Below the pieces are notes generated by a model. That model did no database searches. It had not been told where the DNA came from and saw only the letters and a program-made list of their open reading frames with translations. A program made the translations under genes and the position numbers. Positions 53,180 through 63,232 of a stretch of DNA of 64,000 nt are shown in pieces (the first letter of the stretch is position 1; every line of letters starts with the position of its first letter). The stretch comes from Candidatus Latescibacterota bacterium (GTDB lineage Bacteria; Latescibacterota; UBA2968; UBA8231). The DNA lies in NCBI GenBank assembly GCA_965248265.1, contig CBDFJF010000001.1, positions 832,001 to 896,000 of the forward strand, in the 5' to 3' direction.

Positions 53180-54139
53180 ATGATTATCGACAGTCACATC
53201 CATGTGTTCGACCGGCGGGTAGCGGGCGCCGCAGACAACTTCCCGCTGTGGCCCGGGAACGAGTGGGGCGGCGATGAGGCGAATCTCCTGCGGCAGATGG
53301 ACGAGGCCGGCATCGACAAAGCGTTTCTGATCAGTTACACGCCGGTTGACGTCATGGCTCACTACACCCCCCAACGCCGGGATCACATGGTGGCCGTTTT
53401 CCAGCACTACCTGCGCCGGGACTATTTCATCGAGGTATGGCAACGGCATCCGGACCGTTTCTCCTGGTTCGCCGATTCGATTGATCCCCGCGTGCCCGGT
53501 TACGTTGAGAGAGCGGCACAGGATCTGGATCAGGGCGCAGCCGGCTTGAAGATGCTGCCGTTGTTCGTCGACACGGAAATGGGTGACCCGCGCTGGCGGC
53601 CGGTGTTCGAACTGCTGCGCGAACGGGACAAGCCCTGCATCATTGACCTCTCCTGGTGGTACGCGGATCGCTCCTACTTCGCTCCCAGCGTGTACGGGAA
53701 ATACACCTCTTTCACCGATTACGTAGAGGAATTCGGCAAGCTCGTCGCCGATTTCCCCGACCTACGGATCCAGCTTGCCCACTACGGCACGCCGAGGTTG
53801 GTCGACCGCGGCGATGCATCCAGGACAATTCACTACGACCGACTCGACGAAGTGATCGCCTTCATGCGCGAGCACCCGAGTCTGCACTGCGATCTGGGAG
53901 CCTACCAGCACCTGATCGCGCCGGAGGATCCCTTTCCATTCGAGTCATCCTTGAAGGTCGTGGAGTCACTTGTGAAGGGGTTGGGCGCCGACCGCATTCA
54001 CTGGGGCACGGATTGGCCGTACCTGAAGCTGCATCCCTATCCGGATCTGCTCCGGGCCATTCGCGAAGCACCCTTCCTGAGCAGGGTGGAAGCCGACCAG
54101 GTTATGGGCCTCAACGCGCTGCGCTTCCTGGAAGGGTGA
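53180..54139 (+). CDS. Amidohydrolase_2 family protein
   Basis: IIDSHIH, MDEAGIDKA, GLKM, QLAHYG, RIHWGTDWP, GLNALRF. Confidence 0.88.
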   Translation: MIIDSHIHVFDRRVAGAADNFPLWPGNEWGGDEANLLRQMDEAGIDKAFLISYTPVDVMAHYTPQRRDHMVAVFQHYLRRDYFIEVWQRHPDRFSWFADSIDPRVPGYVERAAQDLDQGAAGLKMLPLFVDTEMGDPRWRPVFELLRERDKPCIIDLSWWYADRSYFAPSVYGKYTSFTDYVEEFGKLVADFPDLRIQLAHYGTPRLVDRGDASRTIHYDRLDEVIAFMREHPSLHCDLGAYQHLIAPEDPFPFESSLKVVESLVKGLGADRIHWGTDWPYLKLHPYPDLLRAIREAPFLSRVEADQVMGLNALRFLEG

Positions 54140-54244
54140 TCCAGTTGGAACGTTAGTCCTGCAATTTGACCATCGTTCACAGAGTGTGATTTGGATCTAT
54201 TTGAGTCGAGATAGCGCAGGGATGCGCTGCAGGCAGCATCACTG

Positions 54245-54380
54245 AGTCCTGGACCGTCGTGCGCGGCGATGGTTACAGCTACGACCTGGGCTACCAGATG
54301 CCCACTGAGCTGCCGGATAGTCGAATCTTCGCGGCCTACTGGTTCTGCACCAAGGAACAGGACGACCCCATCGAGGAAGT
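54245..54380 (+). pseudogene. Sialidase/BNR-family C-terminal remnant
   Basis: RGDGYSYDLGYQMPTELPDSRIFAAYW resembles the DLGYP..ELxDGxIxxxYY terminus. Confidence 0.5.
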
Positions 54381-54575
54381 CCAGATCGACGCCACATCGC
54401 TGGAACCTTCTTCAGAATGGACTGAGAGACCAAATCACCTCATAATCCCAGACAGAGCGGAAAGCGACAACCGACACATGTCCCGCCAGGAGGACGAGTT
54501 TTGGCGGCGCTCACGCCGGCGGCACTATAGTTCGTACGCGAGACGGAGGCTGATATCCGCAACCGGGATGACATT

Positions 54576-56033
54576 GTGGCAATCAGTACAGGAACCCCGA
54601 TATCCAGGCTACCGGATACCGGCACGATATCGTTGTGCGTGGTCCTGGGCTTTGTGCTGTTGGGAGTGGGATGCACTACATCGACCAGGTTTGCGGGAAC
54701 TCCCCCACCAGGGCGACCGGTGGGCAGCTTGTGGAAGGTCGGTAGTCCGATAGTCTGGTACATGCAAGGCCCTGGGGCGGGCGGCGAGGAGAGTATCTGG
54801 ATCGACGGATCCCTACCCCCGAAACAAGAACAGGAGGAATCCGGTCCCCCTCGATTCGAAAAGATATCGCCGGCGGTCGCTGAGAAACTGGCTGAGGGCG
54901 GTTTCAACCTGATGTTCTGCCGGAATGTCGAGGACCTGGACAGCGCTCACGCTCACGGGCTGCGTGGGATGCTGTATGTTCACGAGGGGGAGCCGCCCTG
55001 GCGGAATGTGTTCGACACCAGTGCGCTGGATGACCCGGAGTGGCTTGCGAAACTCGACGCGCTCTTGGAGAAGGTGAAGGACCATCCCGCGATGTACGCC
55101 TACAACGTCTACGATGAGCCCGGAGCCAAGGAGTTTCCGGCGTTGGGCAAGATGGTGGCCTACGTCCGCCAGCGCGATCCCAAGCACATGATCTACATCA
55201 ATCTGTTCCCCACCTACGCCAGCGCTGCGGCGCAGGGCACCTCTGGCGATAAGGTGACCGCCTACAGGGAGTACCTCCGCCAGTTCATAGAGGTCGTGAA
55301 ACCCGACCTGATCAGCTATGACCACTACCACATGAGATACACCGACAGACCATTCGATGGGGGCGACTACTTCCTGAACCTGGCCCTGGTCCGGGAGGCG
55401 GCGGTGGAGAACGGCCTGCCCTTCCTCAACGTCATCCAGGCTGCCGCCATGGGTCCGGGCTGGCGCACCCCCAACGGCGACGAGGGAAGATTCCTGGCCA
55501 CCACAACTCTGGCCTACGGGGGTCAGGGTATCTGCCAGTTTGTCTACAACGCTTATGAAGGGGCAGAGCATTGGGGAGGGATTGAGAATCCCGATCGTAC
55601 GCTGACGCCTCTGGGCAAGGCCGTGCGCCAGATCCACCCCGAGTTTGTCGCCATCGGCGAGAAGCTGCAGCCGCTGACGTCTCTGGGGGTATATCATCTG
55701 GGCACCGTTCCCGAGGGCGGGGTGAAGCTGCCGGCCGACGCCAGCTTTACCGTGGATCCCCCGGTGGCTGCGGACACGGAGAGGGGGATTCTTCTGGGCT
55801 ACTTCGGTACCACCGACGACCCCACGCATGTGCTGGTCGTGAACCTGGATTACACCCGGGAGGTGACCACGACCGTCGTCGGCCCTGGCCCAATGGAGCT
55901 GTTCGACGCCGAGGAGCGGAAGTGGAACAAGGCCTCCGACCAGTCGCGGGCGACTGTGAGCCTGATGCCCGGTGGCGGTAAACTCCTGCGCCTACGGGCA
56001 ACACATCGGCTGAAAGCAAGGAGGCCAAAATGA
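54576..56033 (+). CDS. Putative glycoside hydrolase (TIM-barrel, clan GH-A-like) lipoprotein
   Basis: LLGVGC lipobox, GGFNL, HPAMYAYNVYDEP, YINLFP, ISYDHY, LAYGGQGI. Confidence 0.6.
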   Translation: MAISTGTPISRLPDTGTISLCVVLGFVLLGVGCTTSTRFAGTPPPGRPVGSLWKVGSPIVWYMQGPGAGGEESIWIDGSLPPKQEQEESGPPRFEKISPAVAEKLAEGGFNLMFCRNVEDLDSAHAHGLRGMLYVHEGEPPWRNVFDTSALDDPEWLAKLDALLEKVKDHPAMYAYNVYDEPGAKEFPALGKMVAYVRQRDPKHMIYINLFPTYASAAAQGTSGDKVTAYREYLRQFIEVVKPDLISYDHYHMRYTDRPFDGGDYFLNLALVREAAVENGLPFLNVIQAAAMGPGWRTPNGDEGRFLATTTLAYGGQGICQFVYNAYEGAEHWGGIENPDRTLTPLGKAVRQIHPEFVAIGEKLQPLTSLGVYHLGTVPEGGVKLPADASFTVDPPVAADTERGILLGYFGTTDDPTHVLVVNLDYTREVTTTVVGPGPMELFDAEERKWNKASDQSRATVSLMPGGGKLLRLRATHRLKARRPK

Positions 56034-56791
56034 GACTGATGCTGGCGGGCTGCGAGTACTCTGGAACGACAACTCTGTCCTACGCGATAGCAAAGTGGGT
56101 TAGGGAAAATATGGGCGAGCGCATCGGTTATCACGACCACTGGAAGCTGCCGCATATTAACCACGCACCAATCCAGACGCAGGCGGAGTTGGACGAGGTA
56201 TTCGAGGCATGGGCCGAGGGACGGGGAGAGGACCCTACCTATTCGGGTCTGACTCCGCATGAGCAGGAGCTCTTCAACGCCCTGACGCCCAGGATAAAGG
56301 AGTGCTTTCAGCGATACCATATAGAGTACCACATAAGTCAGGACTTCTACTCTCAGCCGCACCACAACATCATCGGGATGCAATATGATGAAGCCGTGTA
56401 CGCACCGCTGTACTACGGCTATGGAGGGCCGGGCCAGTATGCCGATCGCGAGCTAGTCGCCCGTCGAACTGAGGAAAAGATCATGAGGGCTGCCCCCGAC
56501 ACTGTTCTCGTCCTGACGAAGGCGGCGCCGGAGGTCATTGCTGCGCGGATGAGCGAATCCCCCCACCCTCATACTGTATTGCAGGAGAAGGACATTGAAT
56601 ACGTGTTGGAGAAGTTTGAGGACCAGTACGAGAGATCGCTGATAATGAGCAAGTTCACAGTCGACACCAGCACTGCGACCGTCGAGGAGTCGCTATCGGA
56701 GTTTGTCAGCAAGTACGAGCCGCTCCTGACCGACGCCGACCGCACGCGGATCCTGGTCCACAAGGCTAGGCAGAAGGGTGAATGGATTTGA
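56030..56791 (+). CDS. P-loop nucleotide kinase-like protein
   Basis: MRLMLAGCEYSGTTTL (Walker A lacking Lys), VLVLTKAAPEVIAARM, VDTS; ATGA overlap with the upstream gene. Confidence 0.7.
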   Translation: MRLMLAGCEYSGTTTLSYAIAKWVRENMGERIGYHDHWKLPHINHAPIQTQAELDEVFEAWAEGRGEDPTYSGLTPHEQELFNALTPRIKECFQRYHIEYHISQDFYSQPHHNIIGMQYDEAVYAPLYYGYGGPGQYADRELVARRTEEKIMRAAPDTVLVLTKAAPEVIAARMSESPHPHTVLQEKDIEYVLEKFEDQYERSLIMSKFTVDTSTATVEESLSEFVSKYEPLLTDADRTRILVHKARQKGEWI

Positions 56792-56906
56792 CCTCCATCT
56801 CGACCCTTGCGGTTTGCCCTCGATTGCCGCGCAGGTCTGTCCGCGGCCCCCTGGGATGTCCCGGCTGGAGTGCACGATGCGCCGATGGCACCATGGCGCG
56901 GTAGCT

Positions 56907-57250
56907 TCAGGTCCGCTTTACCTCCATGTAAGTGCCCAGGATCTCACTCTGGCCTGAATCATTGATGTCCGTCCGCGCATAGGCAACCAGTAGGGTGTCC
57001 GGCGCCACTTCTTCAACGCAGTCGTAGTTACAGGCGTCGTAGGCCTGTGGCCCGCGGTGAAAGCAGAAGTGTCCGATCCACGTGTGCCCCTGGTCCAGGC
57101 TGAACGCCAGCCAGTCTCCGGTCCGCCCGCAGGTCACGGCTATCACGCCGTTGGCCATCAGACACGCATTGGGCCACACGCCGCGGTCGGTGATCGGGTC
57201 GGCGTGACTCCAGCTCTTTCCCCCGTCGATGGACCGGCTCAGGTACCTCG
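56907..57250 (-). pseudogene. Sialidase (Asp-box) 3' remnant
   Basis: Asp-boxes SRSIDGGKSW and SLDQGHTW, EVAPDTLLVAY; no start. Confidence 0.7.
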
Positions 57251-57254
57251 GAGT

Positions 57255-57591
57255 CGTAGTGCCACACCAGTTCCTGACGAAGGATTCTGGCAAGACATGG
57301 GAGCACTTCCAGACTGTCGTGATGTCACCGGGAATGAGAGCGGTCGATCGAGTTATTGACACACCGCCAGCATATGTCAGAGCCTCCGGAGTTGCTCCTG
57401 AACAGGGTCCGTTTCCGGCCGCAGGGCACCGCACGGTGCGGCACCCGCGTGTTCGCTTCATTGACGACAAGGCTTACCTACGGTATGACGATCGTCGCTA
57501 CACCCAACCCCACTCGAAATCGAGCTATTTCGGTTACAAACTCCGGATACTCCCTGTCTCCTGGTTCTATGAAGGAGATGCGTCGCTGTAG
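57255..57591 (+). pseudogene. Sialidase (Asp-box) 3' remnant
   Basis: LTKDSGKTWEHF, HPRVRFIDDKAYLRYD, KLRILPVSWFY. Confidence 0.65.
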
Positions 57592-57781
57592 TCTCGGCCT
57601 ACACAACCATCCGGCTACCTGACCGCTGACCATAGAGGGCCAACGCCTTGTCTGTGCCTTGGGAGCATCGTCGACAGAATCCGATGGTCGCCAGCCCCTT
57701 GTGATTGCTCAGCCCCAATCCCACATTCCTGACGGAAACAATCCTTTCCTGACACCCTCTTGGTGGATTCGCAGCGTACCT

Positions 57782-60700
57782 ATGACAAAACAGGTCATCT
57801 TTACAGGCTTTATTCTAATCAGCCTGGCGACAGTCGATGCCGAGCTGCCCAACTCCCCCGCGCAGTCCCCACGCTTCGAGAAGATCCCGACAGGGTTCGA
57901 TTTATACGCGATCCTTCAAGATCGGGACGGTTTTTGGTGGTTGGCCACGCAAAGTGGACTGGTCAAGTACAACGGCTACGATTTCCACCGTTACTCCGCT
58001 GGCGAGCACTCCATCACCGGAAACTTCGTGAACGCCCTCTACGAGGACAGCGAGGGTATCCTTTGGATCGGCACGACAAGCGGGCTCTGCTCTTATGACA
58101 AGGCGACCGATAGGTTCACTCAATACAAGCACGATCCCCGGCAGCCCGAAAGCATCAGCCACGACAACATCCTGATGCTCCAGGCGATCGTCGAGGATCG
58201 CGATGGAGCGATATGGGTCGGGACCTCAGACGGGTTGAACCGCTACGATAAGAGTGAGAAGCGCTTCACCCGTTACAGCAGCGACCCGACCGACGCCGCA
58301 AAGCTCATCGATAACTTCATAGGCGCGATAATCCGGGACCGACATGGCTTCCTGTGGGTCGGCACGGTCCACGGCCTGCATAAGTTCGATCCCACCAAGG
58401 GCATCGTTGTCGAGCGATACCCGAGCCAGCGTGACGACCCGATGAGCCTGCATGGCGGCAACGTCACCGCCCTCATGGAGGACAGCGGCGGAACGATCTG
58501 GGTGGGAACCCATGAGGACGGGCTGCAGAAGCTCGATCCTGTCACTCGGACCGTGACCCACTATGTCGCCGGCTCCGAGCGCGCATCCAGCCTGAGTAGC
58601 AATTTTGTCTTTTCGATGATCGAGTTCACGGACGGCAAGCTGTGGATCACGACGTTTGGGGGCGGACTCAACATATTCGACCCCGACACCGAGACGTTTT
58701 CGCCCTACCAGTACAACTCCGAGGTCAACGACCCCGATGGCATCAGCAGCAACGATCTCGTGGCCATCGTCATGGACAACTCGGGCGCAGTATGGATCGC
58801 CACCCTGGGCGGCGAGATCAATCGATACGACCCGGCGGGGCAGAGGTTCAAGACAGTGCGGCATGTGCCGGGTGTACATAACAGTGTGAGCAAAGGATCG
58901 TATATCGGCCAGATCATCGAGGACCGCACCGGCGTGGTGTGGATTGCCGTAGGGGGGGCGGGGCTGGACCGCTACGACCGCACGACCGGCGCGTTTACGC
59001 ACTACCGCCACGTTCCGGACGACCCCGAGAGCCTGCCGGAATCCTACGGGCACGCGCTCATCGAGGACACGCAGGGAAACCTATGGATGACGTCGATGAA
59101 TTGGATCGTCCTCGTCGACCGGGAGACGGGCAAAGCAAAAAAGACCTATCCTGCCAAGGCCTGGCCACACAGCCCCATCGAGGACCGCGGCGATCCGGAT
59201 ATCCTCTGGTTTGGCACCGGCGGCTTGGGGCTGCTGAAGTTTCACAAGCCCACGGGAGAAACGACCTATTTCGAACCGGATCCTTCATCCGAGACGAGCG
59301 TCAGCGTTGGCGTCGTCCTCTCCATCTACCAGGACGATGAGGGCTTCATCTGGGTTACGTCGCTGGGAGGCGGACTCGACCGATTTGACCCGCGTACCGG
59401 GAAGGTTGTAGCCAAGTACAAGCACGACCCCGACGATCCGAGCACACTCGCCAGCAACACCCTGTACCAATTTTTCAGGGATGCCTCGGGTACCTATTGG
59501 ATCGGCAGTGAAGCCGGACTGAACCGTTTCGATCCCAACACCGGAACGTTTCGCCGCTTTTCCGAGCGCGATGGCACGTTTCCGATGAGCTCGGCGGGGC
59601 AGATCGCGGAGTACCCGAGAGGCCAGCTATGGATAGGCGGTGACGGGGGAATCGTCCGCTTCGATCCCGAGACCGGCGATGCTCGGCTCTACAGAGTGGA
59701 CTTTCACATCGGGGCTTTTCGGCCACTGGTCACCAAGGACGGTGAGCTCTGGTTCTATGAAGACAACATCATCATCCGCTTTCACCCCGAGGCGATCACG
59801 GATGAGACCACCTCCACCTCTATCCCGGTGTACATTACCGCGCTCACGCAGCGCGGCAAGCCACTCAATCTGGGCGCTGCGTCCGAGAAAAGCCGATCGA
59901 TCCATCTCGATTGGCGAAACAACTTCTTCGAGTTCGAGTTCGCCGGGTTGGACTACCAGAGGGTCGGTGACATTCAGTACCGCTATCGGCTCGAAGGCGT
60001 CGACAAGAATTGGTACGAAGCCGGCACCACACGGCGTGGCCGCTACACCGGCTTGCAGGGAGGAACCTATGCGCTCCAGGTTATGGCGACCAACAAAGAC
60101 GGCCAATGGAGTGACCGCATGGCCGAGCTGAGCGTCGTCGTAGACCGACCACCCTGGCAAACCTGGTGGTTCAGGATTGTTGCAGGTGTATCTGTTTTGG
60201 CTTTGGCGTTTGGCGGGTACAAAAGAAGGATAAGAAATATTGAGACCCAAAAGAAACAACTTGAAATTCAGGTAGCAGAACAAACCAAAGAGATACGAGA
60301 TACGCAGGTGCAGTTGGTGCAATCAGAAAAGATGGCGGCGTTGGGAAAGCTTACTGCAGGCATTGTTCATGAAATTAATACGCCGGTTGGTGCACTCAAA
60401 AGTACAGTGGACACCATGAGTCGATGTGGCGCTAAGATAAATCAAATTTTGGATAACAGTAACACCCTTGCTGAACTCAAAGATAACAGTGTCTATCAGA
60501 AGTCTCTTCAAATCCTCGAAGAAAATCGTCAGGTCGCATCATCGGCCGGTGAAAGAATTGTGAAAGTTGTAACTAGCTTGCGAAATTTTACCAGACTGGA
60601 TGAAGCCGAATTCGAAAAGGCAGACATCCATGAAGGATTGGATAGCGCCTTGACGCTAATCCAACATGAAATGAAAGACCGAGTGAGCGTTGAAAAAAAT

Positions 60701-61075
60701 TATGGTGATATTCCCGAGATTCGATGTTATCCAGCCGAGCTTAATCAAGTTTTCATGACTTTATTGCGGAATGCAGCGCAAGCGATTGAAAACAAGGGTA
60801 CCATCGCCATCAAAACATCTACAGATGAGAAAAATGTGTATGTGAAAATTTCAGATTCGGGAAAAGGTATGCCCCCAGAAAAAATGAAGACGCTTTTCGA
60901 ACTAGGTTTTACAACAAAGGACACCAGAGTCGGGTTGGCCATGGGTTTGAGTAATGCGTACAACATTATTCAAAACCATAAAGGTGAATTAAGGGTAGAA
61001 AGTGAAGTAGGCAAAGGCAGCACTTTTACGATTAATTTGCCGATGGATTTGAAGGAAACTTTCAAACCTGTGTAA
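57782..61075 (+). CDS. Sensor histidine kinase with periplasmic beta-propeller (Reg_prop) and Y_Y_Y domains
   Basis: Repeated EDxxGxxWxGT, YRYRLEG..GTY, PPWQTWWF TM; H-box HEINTP, N-box ELNQVFMTLLRNA, G1 DSGKGM, FTTK, G2 GLAMGL. Confidence 0.92.
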   Translation: MTKQVIFTGFILISLATVDAELPNSPAQSPRFEKIPTGFDLYAILQDRDGFWWLATQSGLVKYNGYDFHRYSAGEHSITGNFVNALYEDSEGILWIGTTSGLCSYDKATDRFTQYKHDPRQPESISHDNILMLQAIVEDRDGAIWVGTSDGLNRYDKSEKRFTRYSSDPTDAAKLIDNFIGAIIRDRHGFLWVGTVHGLHKFDPTKGIVVERYPSQRDDPMSLHGGNVTALMEDSGGTIWVGTHEDGLQKLDPVTRTVTHYVAGSERASSLSSNFVFSMIEFTDGKLWITTFGGGLNIFDPDTETFSPYQYNSEVNDPDGISSNDLVAIVMDNSGAVWIATLGGEINRYDPAGQRFKTVRHVPGVHNSVSKGSYIGQIIEDRTGVVWIAVGGAGLDRYDRTTGAFTHYRHVPDDPESLPESYGHALIEDTQGNLWMTSMNWIVLVDRETGKAKKTYPAKAWPHSPIEDRGDPDILWFGTGGLGLLKFHKPTGETTYFEPDPSSETSVSVGVVLSIYQDDEGFIWVTSLGGGLDRFDPRTGKVVAKYKHDPDDPSTLASNTLYQFFRDASGTYWIGSEAGLNRFDPNTGTFRRFSERDGTFPMSSAGQIAEYPRGQLWIGGDGGIVRFDPETGDARLYRVDFHIGAFRPLVTKDGELWFYEDNIIIRFHPEAITDETTSTSIPVYITALTQRGKPLNLGAASEKSRSIHLDWRNNFFEFEFAGLDYQRVGDIQYRYRLEGVDKNWYEAGTTRRGRYTGLQGGTYALQVMATNKDGQWSDRMAELSVVVDRPPWQTWWFRIVAGVSVLALAFGGYKRRIRNIETQKKQLEIQVAEQTKEIRDTQVQLVQSEKMAALGKLTAGIVHEINTPVGALKSTVDTMSRCGAKINQILDNSNTLAELKDNSVYQKSLQILEENRQVASSAGERIVKVVTSLRNFTRLDEAEFEKADIHEGLDSALTLIQHEMKDRVSVEKNYGDIPEIRCYPAELNQVFMTLLRNAAQAIENKGTIAIKTSTDEKNVYVKISDSGKGMPPEKMKTLFELGFTTKDTRVGLAMGLSNAYNIIQNHKGELRVESEVGKGSTFTINLPMDLKETFKPV

Positions 61076-61477
61076 ACTTCATCGGGATTTTTTAGCCGTT
61101 AGGTTGAGCGGCCGTGTACACATAGGAACCACTTGTGATCGCAACGGTTGGTTGCGCGTCAATCCACCGTTCACCAGGTACGTACGCCAGATGAGCGGAT
61201 TACGGCAACATGCGTCAGGGCCGCGTCGTTGGGCATCGAGGGCGCAGAAGCGCTGGCTCGAGGAGAACGCGAGATTGGGTTGGACGAAGATGCGATTGCC
61301 GAATCAGCTCGGGGCCGGGCATCGCACTGTCAGGACGATGCTCGGTTCGTCGGAGAACGAGCGAGAAGGACCCGCAATTGCGCCTCGAGCGCAGCTAGCC
61401 GAACATTGCGTTCGAATACACTTTCGCATCACATAGCTGAGAGTGGGGCAGATCGCCCCCTGAGGACCGCGAGCAAA

Positions 61478-62986
61478 GTGTCCGGACCCGCCACTGAGAT
61501 CACCGAATTCATCGATCGCACCCTTGCCGGACGCACCTCGACGGCGGGCGGGTTCCGCTTCGGCGTGCTGGCCGACCTGCACATCTGGGGGTCCAACCAG
61601 CTGTGGGCAGATGAAGAGGTGCGCGAGTGTCTGGAGCGCTGCCGCGACGGTGGGGCGGCCTTCGTGTTCGTGGTCGGCGACCTGGGGACCACGGAGACGG
61701 AGGTCCCGCGAGAGGGAGGTAGGGCGCGCCTTCCAGATGTATTCAACGAGTGCATCGCCGCGGTTGAGGGGTGTCCCCCCGTCTTCTTCAGTATGGGCAA
61801 CCACGAACCGGACGGAGAGGGCAAGAGCTCCTGGTTGCGGGCGCTGTATCCGGGGGTCTTCCCCGACCTTGAGGGCAGCGCGAACGAGCGCTTCTTCTAC
61901 TACTCCTTCGACTTTGGGGGCTGCCACTTCGTCGCCCTCGACAGCCACGGCACGGTGCCGGACGCGCCGCCGATGTGTATCGGTGGCGGCCCCACCCATT
62001 TCGCGCGACTGCCTGAAGAGGAGCTGGCCTGGCTGAGGCAAGATCTGGAGCGGCACAGCGGCCGGCTCACCTTCGTTTTCATGCACGAGCCGGTCGTGCA
62101 GATCACACACAACCGACCCTGGCACCTCCTGCAGAATCGCGGCCGCCTCCTCGGTGAGTTGCAGCGCTCCCCCGACGTCCAGTGGGTCTTCCAGGGGCAC
62201 ATCCACCACCTCAGCCAGGTGTGCGGCTATGGTCTGAACCTGTGTCATGTGGGACGCCGCGTCCCGCAGCTCGTCGAGGTTGACGGGGAAACCGCCGAGC
62301 TCTTCGACTTGCTCCCGGGCGGCGTCACCACGCCAGTACAGTTCACCCGCGTTGAGGACTACGAGCGGGATCGCTGGGCCCGGCGAGACGGGCGCGTCGT
62401 CTACCGCCTCGCGGAGCAAGGTCCGCAGAGCGACCGAGGGCTCTTTGAATGCGCCACCCTCGTCGGAGCGGATGGAGAAGTCACACCGCCCGAGGGACAG
62501 GGGACGATGATTCGGGTGTCGCAGGCGCTAGAGAGAAAGGAGCCGGGCCAGGTCCAGGACCTGTATGGCTACCTGGCCATGGACTTCATCCTGCCGATCT
62601 ACGACGGCATGACGTTCGAGTATCAGGTCCACTGGTCGGCCGGGGCGCCCCACGACCATTTCGCTCTGGTGCCGATCATCAACACGGCCGGCGGCGAGGA
62701 GTATGGGATGCTGCACGACCAGGAGGGCCTGCCGATCGATACGCACCCTGAGCGCCCCCTGGACAGCTACTACAACCTGGGATCGAACGACGGACGCTAC
62801 TGCGCCCCCAGCCTGGAAGGTCGAGCCACCGGCGTCTGGTGGCCCCGCGTCTGCGACCTGTCATACCTGGCCGGTAGCTGGATCGTCGGCGTCGTCGCTT
62901 GCGCGACCCCACCCCTGGAGAAGGCCGTCGAGGCGGGCGCGCTCCGGTTCTACCTGAGCGACATCAGTCTCACGTGGCGGGCGTAA
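61478..62986 (+). CDS. Calcineurin-like metallophosphoesterase with C-terminal extension
   Basis: LADLH, VGDLG, MGNHE, VALDS, FMHEP, FQGHIH. Start uncertain: the ORF is open from 61148 but its first ~110 codons look unrelated. Confidence 0.8.
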   Translation: MSGPATEITEFIDRTLAGRTSTAGGFRFGVLADLHIWGSNQLWADEEVRECLERCRDGGAAFVFVVGDLGTTETEVPREGGRARLPDVFNECIAAVEGCPPVFFSMGNHEPDGEGKSSWLRALYPGVFPDLEGSANERFFYYSFDFGGCHFVALDSHGTVPDAPPMCIGGGPTHFARLPEEELAWLRQDLERHSGRLTFVFMHEPVVQITHNRPWHLLQNRGRLLGELQRSPDVQWVFQGHIHHLSQVCGYGLNLCHVGRRVPQLVEVDGETAELFDLLPGGVTTPVQFTRVEDYERDRWARRDGRVVYRLAEQGPQSDRGLFECATLVGADGEVTPPEGQGTMIRVSQALERKEPGQVQDLYGYLAMDFILPIYDGMTFEYQVHWSAGAPHDHFALVPIINTAGGEEYGMLHDQEGLPIDTHPERPLDSYYNLGSNDGRYCAPSLEGRATGVWWPRVCDLSYLAGSWIVGVVACATPPLEKAVEAGALRFYLSDISLTWRA

Positions 62987-63232
62987 GGTGCAGCCCTTCT
63001 CGATGTTACGGTGCGATCTGTCGCATCGGCTCCTCGGCCAGTTCTGTGAAGCCGGCGAGATCCCTTCTCGACTTCCTCTGCTTCAAGATCAGTTGAGGAA
63101 ACGCCATTTCGCTTCGCCCTTCGCGCATACCTCACATTGTCGCTCAGGTCCCGGGGGGCGCACAAGCCGACACACGGCGGCTGCCGCGAGATCGCGCGAT
63201 CATCCTCGGGCAAAGTCGAGAAAGGATTCGCC

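Noticed and set aside
51990-61105. Isolated GTTRRRY-like words (about 51995, 52096, 54152, 61098; also 3737 and 38074) as further attC ends
   Set aside because: No matching inverse core or palindromic arm; such 7-mers are expected by chance, although some may be eroded sites.
61104-61470. Transposase or recombinase remnant, and a CGAAC-N5-GTTCG LexA-like box
   Set aside because: No diagnostic protein motif, and the box spacing differs from the N4 consensus.
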